From NCBI GenBank assembly GCA_002269645.1, contig NIVC01000714.1, positions 124,001-188,000 of the forward strand: a DNA stretch of 64,000 nt, in the 5' to 3' direction. Shown in pieces: positions 21,735 to 34,230 of this stretch (position 1 is the stretch's first letter; each line of letters opens with the position of its first letter). A model generated the notes under the pieces. It made no database searches, was not told the DNA's origin, and saw nothing but the letters and a program-made list of their open reading frames with translations. The stretch is from Macrostomum lignano. Taxonomy: Eukaryota. The position numbers and the translations under genes are program-made.

Positions 21735-23047
21735 CTATAAGCCCATCCTCCGATAAGCCCATCCTCCGATAAGCCCATCCTCCGATAAGCCCATCCTCCG
21801 TTAAGCCCATCCTCCAATAAGCCCATCCTCCGATAAGCCCATCCTCCGATAAGCCCATCCTCCGATAAGCCCATCCTCCGATAAGCCCATCCTCCGATAA
21901 GCCCATCCTCCGATAAGCCCATCCTCCGATAAGCCCATCCTCCGATAAGCCCATCCTCCGATAAGCCCATCCTCCGATAAGCCCATCCTCCGATAAGCCC
22001 ATCCTCCGATAAGCCCATCCTCCGATAAGCCCTTCCTCCGATAAGCCCATCCTCCGATAAGCCCATCCTCCGATAAGCCCTTCCTCCGATAAGCCCATCC
22101 TCCGATAGCCCATCCTCCGATAATCCCATCCTCTGATAAGCCCATCCTCCGATAAGCCCATCCTCCGATAAGCCCATCCTCCGATAAGCCCATCCTCCGA
22201 TAATCCCATCCTCCGATAAGCCCATCCTCCGATAAGCCCATCCTCCGATAAGCCCTTCCTCCGATAAGCCCATCCTCCGATAATCCCATCCTCCGATAAT
22301 CCCATCCTCTGATAAGCCCATCCTCCAATGAGCCCATCCTCCAATGAGCCCATCCTCCGATAATCCCATCCTCCGATAATCCCATCCTCCGATAAGCCCA
22401 TCCTCCGATAGCCCATCCTCCGATAAGCCCATCCTCCGATAAGCCCATCCTCCGATAAGCCCATCCTCCAATAAGCCCATCCTCCGATAAGCCCATCCTC
22501 CAATAAGCCCATCCTCCGATAAGCCCATCCTCCGATAAGCCCATCCTCCGATAATCCCATCCTCCGATAAGCCCATCCTCCGATAGCCCATCCTCCGATA
22601 AGCCCATCCTCCGATAAGCCCATCCTCCGATAAGCCCATCCTCCAATAAGCCCATCCTCCGATAAGCCCATCCTCCGATAAGCCCATCCTCCGATAAGCC
22701 CATCCTCCGATAGCCCATCCTCCGATAAGCCCATCCTCCGATAAGCCCATCCTCCGATAAGCCCATCCTCCGATAAGCCCATCCTCCGATAAGCCCATCC
22801 TCCGATAAGCCCATCCTCCGATAAGCCCATCCTCCGATAATCCCATCCTCCGATAATCCCATCCTCCGATAAGCCCATCCTCCGATAGCCCATCCTCCGA
22901 TAAGCCCATCCTCCGATAAGCCCATCCTCCGATAAGCCCATCCTCCGATAAGCCCATCCTCCGATAAGCCCATCCTCCGATAATCCCATCCTCCGATAAT
23001 CCCATCCTCTGATAAGCCCATCCTCCAATGAGCCCATCCTCCAATGA
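21735..23047. repeat. 16-bp minisatellite (ATAAGCCCATCCTCCG)n downstream of the PDE1 stop
   Basis: Directly visible; three long minus-strand ORFs are artefacts. Confidence 0.97.
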
Positions 23048-23416
23048 GCTAACAAATTCAAGTTAAATTGGAAGTGGATTTAGTCATAGAAATCTCGTAA
23101 TTGTTGTTTTCTTCCATCAAAAAAACGTGGACAGCGCCGAATTGACTACTTTTGAGTAGTATATGCCATGCCTACACATATGTGCGTACAGCTAGCTATG
23201 AATGCAATTCACGCCTGTGTATCTCTGTATATACGAGTATTTACGTAATCGTAGAAATCGTAGAAATTGGTCTTTCTGATCAGCCCAAATGGACACCAAT
23301 ATTATAGTATAATTTACAACCTAAGCGGATCGAACCTCGGGGATTGGGGATTATAGTATTTGCTATCGTTAAAAATCCCGATTCCCAACACAAACTATTA
23401 AAGTACACATGCTCTA

Positions 23417-24093
23417 TTCAAGGACTACTAAAGTACAAGGACGCAACACTCGAAATCTATGAAAAAATGTTTTTGAGGGCCACAAAATACACCAGGGAGA
23501 TAGGAGGTTTTCATTTTTCAGCACAAAAATTGTTATTGCTTTCGATGGGAGGCGGATCCAGTGTTCATCTTTTGATATGTTGTGCCTTTCTTATTGCTCT
23601 ATCGATTATTCATAAAGCTTTTCGTTTAGAAAAGAAGGATTCTATGATAATTTCTTTTTCTACGTACAATTGTCCTGTGCTTAAGTGCTCGGCTCATTGG
23701 TTTTATGAATCGATTTTGTCATTCTTAGCCGACTGTAACAATAAGTGTAACAGAGATGATAAAATAGATTTATAAAACCAAGGATTCGAGCTGCACCATG
23801 CTGCACCAACATTTTTATGATTTTTAGGTAAAGGAAATGCACGTAAGATAAAAAACCCCAATTTTCTGAACAAAAAGCTTCATGAATATCGATAGAGCTG
23901 TCAGAAAGGCTCAACATATCAAAAGATGAACATTGGGTCTGCCTCCCATCAAAAGCAATAACAATTTTTGTGCTGAAGAGTGAAAACCTCCTATCTCCGT
24001 AGTGTACTTTTCGGCGAAAAGTGGTCTTCAAAACGTTTTCCATGAAACTTGAGTGTCGCGTCCTGTATATACGTTTCTTTAGTTGTCCTTGAT
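23417..24093. mobile_element. Non-autonomous long-TIR (foldback) DNA transposon
   Basis: About 200-bp imperfect inverted arms: TCAAGGACTACTAAAG...GCACAAAAATTGTTATTGCTTTCGATGGGAGGC (left) versus GCCTCCCATCAAAAGCAATAACAATTTTTGTGC...CTTTAGTTGTCCTTGA (right). Confidence 0.75.
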
Positions 24094-24764
24094 TCTATTG
24101 CGTTCGATTAATTTCGAGTAATACATGTAGCACCTAGACCTAGACTAAGACATTAGTATAGTTGACGCTGCACTTTATTAGCAACCAAAAAATATCTAAA
24201 TTTCATGTTAACGAGTTTTTTAGCAGCCGTTTCACCGCCAGAATTGCACTGCACTTCCCACCCATTTGGCACAGCGCTTGCGTATATAGTGTAAGAATAC
24301 CTTTTCTTGCTCAGAGTGTGGATAAAGTAGATCCCTGTAAACTGAGTGCACTATATAGTATCTGCACATACATGTACAACACTGAAGAAAAAATATTATA
24401 TTAACATTCCAAATAAATTTGACTTGTATTGAGAAACACAGCATATTTTCGAATTCTTAATCCCACAAGAAATATTATGATTTCAAATTGCAAAAATTTT
24501 CAATAGAACGCATGTTTTTATTATATTCCGCATTAAGACACTACATGCCTACGAGTACAGTAGTATGATACAGATATTAGCACACAAAAATACAAATACA
24601 ATACATGATGATACGCTTGTTTGGGTATTGAAGCTAATAGACAAACAAGCAGATATGGATGCTATGGATACAGGAGAATATGTGCTAACAGTCGCTGTCA
24701 GTTTCTAGATAAGAGATGATTGAGGCACAGATCAAAGATAGGGCCGGGCCGGGGAGAGAGGGTT

Positions 24765-25010
24765 AGAGGTTCAGAGGGAGGGTCAGAGAGTCGGAGGGTT
24801 TGTGGCTCAGTGGGAGGGTCAGAGGGTCGGAGGGTCGGAGGATCAGAGGGTCAGAGGGTCAGAGGGTCAGAGGTCAGAGGGTCAGTGGCTCAGTGGAAGG
24901 GTCAGAGGGTCGGAGGGTCAGAGGGTCAGAGGGTCAGAGGGTCAGAGGGTCAGAGGTCAGAGGGTCAGTGGCTCAGTGGAAGGGTCAGAGAGTCAGAGGG
25001 TCAGTGGGTC
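24765..25010. repeat. (GGTCAGAG)n-based degenerate array; paralogous array at ~46130-46665
   Basis: Directly visible; flanking unique sequence (ACGAGTACAGTA...CACAAAAATACAAATAC) is also shared between 24550 and 45920. Confidence 0.85.
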
Positions 25011-25963
25011 ACAAGGAGAGCCATAGCCCAGAAAGGGTCATAGTTTAAAGAGGAGAATAGCCAAAGCTTAGATGGGGCACACTGTTCGTTACCCAGAGAC
25101 GGACCAACATGTAGTAAATGATTGGCATTAAAATTGTGTTCTAGCAAATTTTAATCCTAGCAAAAGACAAGAGATAGCTTTAATGTCTAAATTTGAGCAA
25201 GAAAAACTGATTATGTTTCCAACAGATCTAATCAGTGCCAATTTCTTTAAGTGAAATGGCTTAGCAACCAATATATTTATATTTTAAAAATGTATTCATT
25301 CCGGTTAAGATTCTGACCTACAGACGTAAAGAGAGAAGGTAGATAGGGAGAGAGACAGAAAGTCAAGCGACACGACTCCTAAAAATGGGAGAATTATCAG
25401 AGCATCGCAGGATTTTGTCCTCAGGCTACCTAGATCTCCAAAACATTGGTGACATTCTTAGTAAAAAAGGCATTTACTAAAAGTGCGATAGGAAAAACTG
25501 AGAAGGTATCCATTAGGTCCTCAAGATTTTAGTCAGTGGGACAAACTCTGAAACTCACGTTCGGGTGGGTTGTGTTGATGAGGGTAAGAAAATCGTCGTG
25601 ATATTTAATCTTTAATCGGATAACCTCCATCACAGATCAATAGATCATGGTAGGAAAAGCGCAATTATTAAACGAATATCTGCTGACTGTTCATCTATAA
25701 AGTTTAAATAAATATTAATGTTATAATCAAGCCTAACGTCACTCTATGTAACGTACGTATCTATTTACCTGCTTAAGAAAAATTGATAGATCATGGCTGG
25801 ATAACAAATTTGTAGGAAATGTTAATAGCGTAATAATTATTATTTTGAATAAATAATTGAATAAAGGAATAAATTTTGCGTAACAAAAAAGCAAATATTG
25901 TGAACAAGTTTTTTCTCACATCACTGTTGAGTCAGATATCCGGTCACAGATCGTCACTTCACT

Positions 25964-26353
25964 TCATAGAAATCGACATTTGTCAGTACCAATTGTCAGT
26001 TCAGTACCATAGCTTTCCCGACGATAGATTTTGGTGCCTCTTGGGAGCTCGAATGAATCTTCTTTTACTTTTAGCAAGTAGATGTCCCGTCCATCAACTG
26101 TATCAATCTTCTTAGCTCCAGGAATTAGATTCATTGGAATTTCCACCACATACCCTAATCGTTCAGGAAGTACTCTCACTCCATCCCAATTGTTCCTCTC
26201 AATAGCAGAAGTCTTTTCGTTTGGTGGCATTGACGTGCAGTAAACACCTTTCCCATAGATTGCATCGGTGGTGGTGTCAGTTGATGCTCTCAAGACGCCT
26301 GATTCCGCAATTGCCTTCGCTCCTTTTTCATCGGTGTAATGATACAACGACAT
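25964..26353 (-). CDS. Tox-ART-HYD1-like ADP-ribosyltransferase, paralogue 1 (129 aa, intronless, full H-Y-D triad)
   Basis: MSLYHYTDEKGAKAIAESGVLRAS...YGKGVYCTS...NNWDG...YVVEIP...DGRDIY: HYT strand-1 His, GxGxY Tyr and a late acidic residue fit the HYD1 ART signature; three paralogues in the window. Confidence 0.75.
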   Translation of the reverse strand: MSLYHYTDEKGAKAIAESGVLRASTDTTTDAIYGKGVYCTSMPPNEKTSAIERNNWDGVRVLPERLGYVVEIPMNLIPGAKKIDTVDGRDIYLLKVKEDSFELPRGTKIYRRESYGTELTIGTDKCRFL

Positions 26354-26439
26354 TGTCCGACCTTCAGTTCAGCAGCAGTTAGCCTGGAAATCGTGTATTA
26401 AGAATATTTCTAAAGCAGAAATTCTAGATCGAGCCTTCG

Positions 26440-26447
26440 TACTTATA
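26440..26447 (-). promoter_or_regulatory. TATA-like box (TATAAGTA) ~90 nt upstream of ART paralogue 1 ATG
   Basis: Positionally conserved with TATAAATA upstream of paralogues 3 (37876-37883) and 4 (41991-41998). Confidence 0.55.
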
Positions 26448-27804
26448 TGCCGTTGATTAACTGAGGTGCAGCCATGTAAAAAGGGAACTTGCGTCTTGAG
26501 CACTAAAAAACTTTAGGAGACGGGGGAACACGCAAGAACACTGTACATTGCACTGTACCCATTGTACTGTAGTTGCTGACACTTGTTGCTATCCTGTAAA
26601 GAATGTACTCACTTATCTCTCATTCCTTTATCTACAGTACCGTGGCACCGCACCGACTGGCTCTGCCTGGTACTCGGCTGACGTTGATGTCATCTCGCTT
26701 CGTCCGGTATCTGGAATGGAGGGTGGCCCTTATACTCTTATCATACCCATGTCTCCACTGCTGCCTTCTATTCGTCCTTTTTAGGCGCTTTATCGCTTAC
26801 TTTTACCCTTTGCACTTCTAATTGAACCTCACCTCGCTTTGGCGATTTTTTTACCTTCGCTTCATTTTATGTGGCCCAACCTTACGGATTTCTATACTGT
26901 ATAATGGTAGGTGACAAGTATGAATCGCTGGGTCTCATGAATTATAAAACTTTATAATGCTAAAATGATTTGAAACGTGTACCAGAAGTCACCTGCACGC
27001 CTCTGCCGAAGGCCCACATGCAGCTGCTACTGTGGCTGAGGCTCGTAATTCAGCCAAATGGACCAATCTGGGCGACTGGCCCGACTTTCGCCCGATCGGG
27101 ATCGAGATCCTCGGCGCCTTGAACTCCCAAGTGTTGGAATTGGCGGATACACAGCATTACGCTCGTATGCACACATTTTCAAACAATCAATCAAGCAAAG
27201 TTTGAAACGACTTGATGTTCAGTCCGGTACAAACCCAGTACCGCTTTCAGCACTGAAAAGATCCAAAAACCTTAAATTTGGAAGCTGAACTGAGAACAAA
27301 ACAAAAGCATATTTTGCGAGAGGTCTATTTCTATATTTAAGAGGATGGCGTTAGAGAGTCTTCATTACGGATATCATTTTACTTGGTTTTTACAATTTCA
27401 CTATGTATTCATTTAAACAAAACTGAGGTTAATGAGTCTATATATGAAATGAAAATTGTGGCATTGACGAACTCTGTTTCAACGATATGTCAAGCTTTAA
27501 AAAGAAAGAATCTCACAATGTTCGAGGCAATTGAGGTAGTTTTTTATATTTTTTGGTAAAGCATAATACTTAAAATTTGATTTTGTCCATGGATGAGGGG
27601 AAACCGCCCTTTTAATCATTTTGACAAAAAGCACTACTAAATGTTTATAGCTGGTTTTAATAATAATTGATAGTTGTTAATTATTAACTAAATAATAATG
27701 TTCTGCAGAACTTCGGTATTGTTGTAACAGGTACGCTACAATCGTATGAGAAATAATGACACAAATATGTTAGCCAAGGCTGAAGTCTGGAAAGTTTAGA
27801 GAGC

Positions 27805-27930
27805 ACCATAGCCTAGAAGAGGGCATAGGCATAGCTTAGATGGACATAGCCCAGAAGAGAGACATAGGCATAGCTTAGATGGACATAGCCCAGAAGAGAG
27901 ACATAGGCATAGCTTAGATGGACATAGCCC
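27805..27930. repeat. ~40-bp direct repeat x3 (GCATAGCTTAGATGGACATAGCCCAGAAGAGAGACATAG)
   Basis: Directly visible. Confidence 0.85.
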
Positions 27931-28609
27931 AGAGGATATACTGTTCGTTACTGAGAAAGGGGCCGGCTCGGTCTGAAATACCACGCACCGTTTCAAGCTA
28001 TAGTTGCATGGTAGCTCGTATATTTAAAAAACCTCCCGCAAAGCAACAAGTGCAACCACACACGGAGAGACAGACTTCCGCCACAGGTAAAAATGCAGCC
28101 ATGAGATTAAAATTTATGCAAAATTTTCTTTTAGCGCACACTCTCTTGGCAAATAGAATTTGTCTTATCTGAAGCAAATTCTAGCAAAAGACAAGACATA
28201 GATTTAACGTCGATTCTAGCAAGAAAACTAAAACAAAAAATTTCCATGTTGCCAACACGTTTTGTCGTCACACAGATGTTATCAGGCCAATTCCTTTAAG
28301 ATTTTTGATAGCTGATACAAAGTCCAAAATCAGGTTCATTCATTCCGGTAAAGATTTTCAGACTGGAAGAAAAAGAGAGAAAGGTAAGAGCGTTAGGGAG
28401 AGACAATAGGTGCAGCTGACGCTACTCTGAGCTCACTTTTCACCAGCGCTCCAACCGCTTCTCGAGTTTTTTACTGAAGTCAAGCGACGCGCCACCTAAG
28501 AATTGGAGAATAATAGGAACATCGCAGTATTCCGTCTCAGACTGCTTAGATTTCGAACCATTGGTGTGTTTTAAAGAATAAAGGTTTTGTTTGTATCATT
28601 GCACGTCTG

Positions 28610-30414
28610 TACTTTACCTTTTAACAATTTTTGGACATAAGTGAAGTTTATTCAGTCTTGGCCAGCTCAGTCCTAGAAAAGTGAGGTTGATTTACCATAG
28701 AGGGGTTTACCATAGACTATAGTAAAGAAATGGAATCGAGTCAAGTTCTTCTAAATCCGTCTTTCGTAAAGTTTTTAAGTCAAAGTGAATTTTATATAGT
28801 CGTTATAGCTAAACAAATGTGTTTAAATGGTGCAGGGTTGCCAGTCCGGGAATAACACAATCAAGCGTGTCATTGAGCGTCGCAGTGGGCGTTTCATGAA
28901 TAATATCTTCTTATAGTGGGGATCTGCCTTACAGACACGGCCCTGCAATGTTCAACCGTTTGCATTGATGAAATATACGAACAATGATGTACTTCGAGCA
29001 GCACTCACGACTCAGCACCAAGATTTCGCAGAGAGCAGAGATTGACAGAACATCCGTCACTCACAACTGCTCTGATAACGGCACCAACATCATTTAGGCT
29101 TTAAATGCACTCGCGAAGTAGTCGACATTGCTAGCTTGGGGTCGATGCGGCGGAGTATATGTACGCGAGAAGGATCTTCCACGGGTCTTTATCTTCGTAA
29201 ATCTTCGAAGCAAAGAGTCTCAGCTCAGTAGAATACTCGCCGTGCTGCAGTCTGCCTGATTCAGTGAAAATTCGATGAAATTTCTCTGAAACTTTCGAAT
29301 TCAGTTGTCCACTTCTCTTCAGTTGTTTGATTGCCACTGCAGAGGCAAATGCCTTAGACTTGGCTTATAGAAATCTATTGTAGAACCTACCCACGGCATC
29401 GCTATCTGGATAGAATGAGGCTTCTTTTGCTTGAATCAGGTTTCAAGCTTCGTTTGATAATGCGAGCTCCGTGTTGGTTCAACTGGGTCTTCAGCATCAA
29501 AGCGCTGCAGGACTGGAGGATCGGGCCATTCGTATTTCGGAACCGCTGCCGGTCTCAATATTTTTCTACTCTTACTATAAGAGCTTGGCTAGCCTGTGCC
29601 AAAGTAAGACAATCTTCGTTCTTGAATGGAGCTCACATAGGTACTTGTTAGATGTCGGTGCGAATCCTCGATCTGTTTCAACGTTGTCGAGCCAAATAGC
29701 CAGCCTCTGTGCATCTTTGACCAGATATGCAAATAAAGACAGGCCATCGCAGTTGTTTAAAGTTTTCGAATTTGATGAGCACGATTTGGCCGAACAGCTT
29801 CTTTTAATCCTTGCAGCCATCTGCAGGCCACTGCTTGACTGAGGAAATACGGACTTGAGAATTTGATAGCTCTCAGGAAGGGTTTACATGTACTATGAAT
29901 CAGCACTGCATTTTACAACGTTTTTACCATAGACAACTAAGAAATCTTCAGTAGCCAATGGATAAATAATCAGCGGTCCCAGTGTGTGACAACGATTGTC
30001 TGGCGAGCGCCGGTAGGCGCGAGCCATAGACAAATCGTTGTCACGTGCTGCGACCGCTGATTCTTTGCATTGTTTTTTTGTTTGACGATCCTACAGACAA
30101 TGCATTGTTTGTAGTAATGTATTGTTCTGCATAAAAAATGCGAATAATGATCGTCAAATTGCTAAACAATGGGTGCGAACGGGGGCTTCAAGAGGCAGAA
30201 TTGCACTCCTAAATTTAAAGCAGACGAGCAATCCATGGTTTTATTCATCCATGGTTTAAATACGTGGCACTTGATTAAATCGATTTCATTTCTTTACTAT
30301 AGTCTATAGTAAACCCCGAGTGCTGACTAAATCAAACTCACTTTTCTAGGACTGAGCTGGCCAAAGACTGAATAAACTTCACTTGTGTCCAAAAAATTGT
30401 TAAAAGGTATAGTA
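28610..30414 (-). mobile_element. Degenerate P-superfamily (THAP9/Galileo-like) DNA transposon with ~135-bp inverted repeats
   Basis: Inverted arms ~28610-28745 and ~30278-30414. The minus strand from 29820 encodes a THAP finger (SCSAKSC...LSLFAYLVKD..RLAIWL...FAPTSNKYLCELH, then frameshifted LRPAAVPKY) and frameshifted transposase-like pieces (EYSTELRLFAS; GAVIRAVVSDGCSVNL). Confidence 0.7.
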
Positions 30415-30529
30415 TCACTCGATTTGATAGGGGGTTGTAGCCTAGTTATTATCACACTCTTTCTTTCATTATATTATCAAAAGAAATGCATTCATTGTCA
30501 AACGATTTGGACCATAGACAGAATCAAAA

Positions 30530-32600
30530 TCAGTAACAAAACAACAACAAAATACGCGACCCCGCATGCAAAGTCACAGTTAAAGCAGGGCGCGTCAGAT
30601 GGCGCACCGCAAAGCCTCCGTTGGCAGTGTCGGGCGCTCCAGCCTCGCACAGCAGGCAGTCCACGTATCGACGGGTTCAGGCCTGACCCCGCCTGAACAG
30701 GCCCTGCAAGGTGAGCAGCAGGACGTCCTGAACAGGTTGGGGGCAGTAGCCCTCGGTCCGGATCACGTGGCCCGCCAGCTGTAGTCGCCGCCGGCGCAGG
30801 ATGGTGGACGGGCGCTGCAGCTTGGTCCGATCGTACAGGGCCTCGATCCTGACGCTCTCGTCAGCTCGAAATGCCGCACGGAGCAGCCCTGAGTGCGCCG
30901 AGTCCAGCTGCCGCTCTAGCGTAGCCGTCAGCGTCCACGTCTCGGCGTTTAAGAGCAGGACGGTTTCGACCACCGCCTGCCACAGCCGACCCCTCTGGCG
31001 GTCGGACAGCGCTTCGGACTGGACGACGGCCCAGATCGAATGGAAGGCCGCTCAGGCAAGTCCTCTGCGCCGCCGGAGGTCTTCCTCCACGTGAGGCACC
31101 AGACCGCTGAGGTAGGTGAACCACTGGCAGCGTGTGAACCTGGTCGTCTGCCCGTATGCGCCGCGGCACGTCAGGTTCATTGGGATGTCGGCCGGCACAG
31201 TCAGCACCTCGGTCTCCAAGCGTGTTGATAACCAGACCGACGCTCGATGCCACCTCGACCAGCCTGTCGATCTGGCGCTAAGTGCCTTTAACGGACGAGA
31301 ACAGGAGGGCGAGGTCGTCGGCGTAGCCAAGCACGCTCAGGCGCTTTTCGCCGTGGCGGCGACCGATGCGTCTTCGCAGCAGGAAGCCGTCATTAGCCGA
31401 GGGGAGTGCGGTCCGAAGCACCCAGTCTAGCAGCAGCACGAAGAGGAACGGCGCCAGCGTGTCGCCCTGCAGAACTCCTGATGAAGTGTCGAACAGGTCA
31501 GACAGGCCGTCCAAAGTCACCACAGCAGCTCGAGTGTAGCAATACAGCGCCATGACAGCGTCGACTAGCTGCTGGGCTATCCGGTAGGCTCGTAGGACAA
31601 AGGGAAGCGCAGTTGGTGACGCGACGGCGCTCGCATCTGCGAACCAGCGCATGATCGAGTTGCGCCAGTCTCCTCGTGGTGTTCCGCCCGCGTGCGTTCC
31701 GCCGCCTTCTCTCGCAGCCCGCAAAGGTGACCAGGCGGGCAGGGGGCTTGCGGAACTGAGTGTTCGCGGACACCAGGTCCAGCCGGTCAAGCAGATTCTC
31801 CAGCGTATCGGTGTTGGCGTTCTCGCGTCCCGCGACAAAGGGCGAGCGCTCGGACCTCCGCGGGACTGCGTTCAGGTCTCCGAGCACCGCCAACGTGTCG
31901 CGGTTTGGAGCCTCTTCCAGCTGCCGAGCCAGGAAGTCGAAGAAGGCACGAGCCTCCTCGGGGTGAGCAGCGGTGGGTGCACACGGGCAGAACAGCCGGA
32001 TGCAGCGGGCGCGCAGTCGCAGGTCGACCGCATCAGTCGCGGGGACAGCGAGATGCAGTGCACGCTCTGCTGGAGGCGCGGTCCGATCAGCACGCCGACA
32101 CCGCCCCGGCCGCGGTTGTCTGCCGACGTGTACAGGAGACTCCAGCCGGCTCCGAGGTCCTCAGAGTGGAGCCCCGGCTCAGCCACGATAGAGACCTTTT
32201 GCAGCGAGACGAGGTCCAGCTGTAGGTCGTGGGCCAGCTGGACAAGGATGGTGCGACGCCAGGGGGCCTTCAGAGTTCGGCATTTCATCGTGGCGAGTCT
32301 GAGGCGGTCACCTGGTACAGCTGCGGCCAGATTGAGGTTGACCTCATGGTCCCCGGCGCCACCCGGCGGATCCATAGTTGAAATAACAAGCGACTGGGGA
32401 CAACAGGCGCCTAGCCGCGCCACGGAGTCGCCCTCGCTGGTTGCGCTCGCGCTGCCGCTCAGTGCGACGTTGTGCGCTGCGCCGACCTCTGCGAGTCCCT
32501 TCTGTGTGGAACTTTTTGCTGCCGCAGCCGAAGCGCGGCCGTCCGAGCCAACCGAGGTCATCCGCGCGGCCTGATGATCTGGCCGCGATGCCAGGAGGTG
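30530..32600 (-). mobile_element. RTE-type non-LTR retrotransposon, internally deleted and frameshifted
   Basis: APE endonuclease (RLATMKCRTL...LDLVSLQK...GRGGVGVLI...VLGDLNA), RT (SGVLQGDTLAPFLFVLLLDWVL...LGYADDLAL) and RTE C-terminal motif (VLLLNAETWTLT...RRRLQLAGHVIR); (TTG)n-like tail near 30535. Confidence 0.88.
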
Positions 32601-33120
32601 TCGGCATTTTTTGCACGGGTGTGCAAATATAATGGCTCATTAGACAGTGAAACAATTTAGAATACTTTTCCTGCTTCTTCCTACTGTTAGTAGAACTTGG
32701 TTGCTGCATCCAAGCCTTCCAAAATTTTTTCTTCGAATCAACAGTTACTGCCTGTCTGCGTGCTGCCTTTGCTGTGTTGCTTTCTCTACAATGCTTTTTG
32801 CTGCTTTCAGTTCTGATAGTTGAAAATAGAGACAAACAAATAGACCATGACATTTTTTGTGATTCTATATTTTATTTTTGCATGAATATTTAGTCCAGTT
32901 TGTAAAACACTTTAACTATAAGCATCTCAGACGCGAATGTGGAGGTAGGAGGTAGGATATTGTTATAGTTACATCCACGAGTTATGAATATGAAGGTGTT
33001 TCAGATTCTTAAGTACGCATATATTCAAGTTAAAAATATTATTGCATATCAATTTATGTAAACGGAAAAATTCCACTGCAGACAATGGTCAGCATCATTG
33101 GGTAAGAAAATTATTATTTA

Positions 33121-34026
33121 TGTAGTGACTGGCTGCCAACTGGTTATTCAGCAGCATTCACTAGCTTCCCCTAAGAGTGCTGTGATCCGCTGCACAGTAG
33201 CTCAGTCCACCTGATCTAGTGAGAGAGATACCCTGTGCTGGGCCTAAGTGTTTACTGCCCGATGACTCATCGCCTGAGCGGGCGCGGCAGCCACACTCAA
33301 TGTTTTCCCCTCCCGCGCCGAGGAGGCGTAGCAGGATGACTCATCACCTGCGCGGAGTGTAAGGGCTGCCTAGAGGGAGTAAACAGGATGACTCATCCGC
33401 CCAAGTTCTATTTTTAGCACAGAATAAGCACGTGACTGTGCACGCACGCGGTGCGTGGCCACTGACCTTGAGTCACGCCACAGCTGCGCGACAGGCTTGC
33501 CTTATTTGGAAGTCGGCCTTGAATCACGCGTCGCTCGCATGATTTTAGGGACCAAATAAGGAAGTTTCACGCGTTCACCGCATGAAACTCACGCGACTTT
33601 TGGGGGTCCGCTCGGCTATAAATACGGAGCATCTGCGAGCCATTTTTCTCCAGACTGCGTCGTCTCGCGGAGCATCGTGGCTGACTCGTGAAGCCTTCTC
33701 CGAGCTCTCCTCTCTCATTTCAGGTTTTTCAGGTTTTCAGGTTCGAGCAGCATTCTACTAAGACGATCGACTGTCGAGACATTTTCAGATTTGCCTTTGC
33801 TCCGAGCGTTTTCGTTATTTTATTTCAGGTGACGGATAGACAACTCTACCGACGCGTCGAGTCCGCACACCAAGGTGGCAGCAACCCTACCAAGTCAAGG
33901 CTAACGTTTTAGGTTCATTTTCAGGCAAATCGATAGGTAGTACAACGGTGCTATCTAGCTACTTCAGGAGCAGTGGGTTCTATTTCTAGGAACATCTTCA
34001 AGAACCCGAGAAGGAGTAGCGTAACA
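33121..34026 (+). mobile_element. Solo LTR (Gypsy-type, 906 bp)
   Basis: Starts TGTAG, ends TAACA, 4-bp TSD TTTA on both sides (33117-33120, 34027-34030); TATAAATA at 33617; several TGACTCA/TGAGTCA AP-1-type motifs upstream of the TATA. Confidence 0.75.
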
Positions 34027-34230
34027 TTTAGCTATTTAAGAACATATCTGCTGACAGTTCGAAATGCAGAGCAGCAGGATTCTTTTTGAAACTGGCTCTG
34101 AAATAGTTTATTAATAGTTAAAACATTAATATACGGCTCGTATTAATATATAAAAGTGTAAACACACGGATAGGCGCTATAAAAGAAAGAGTTTTTCTCA
34201 CACCCTCATTCCACTCAGTCAAATGTCGAG

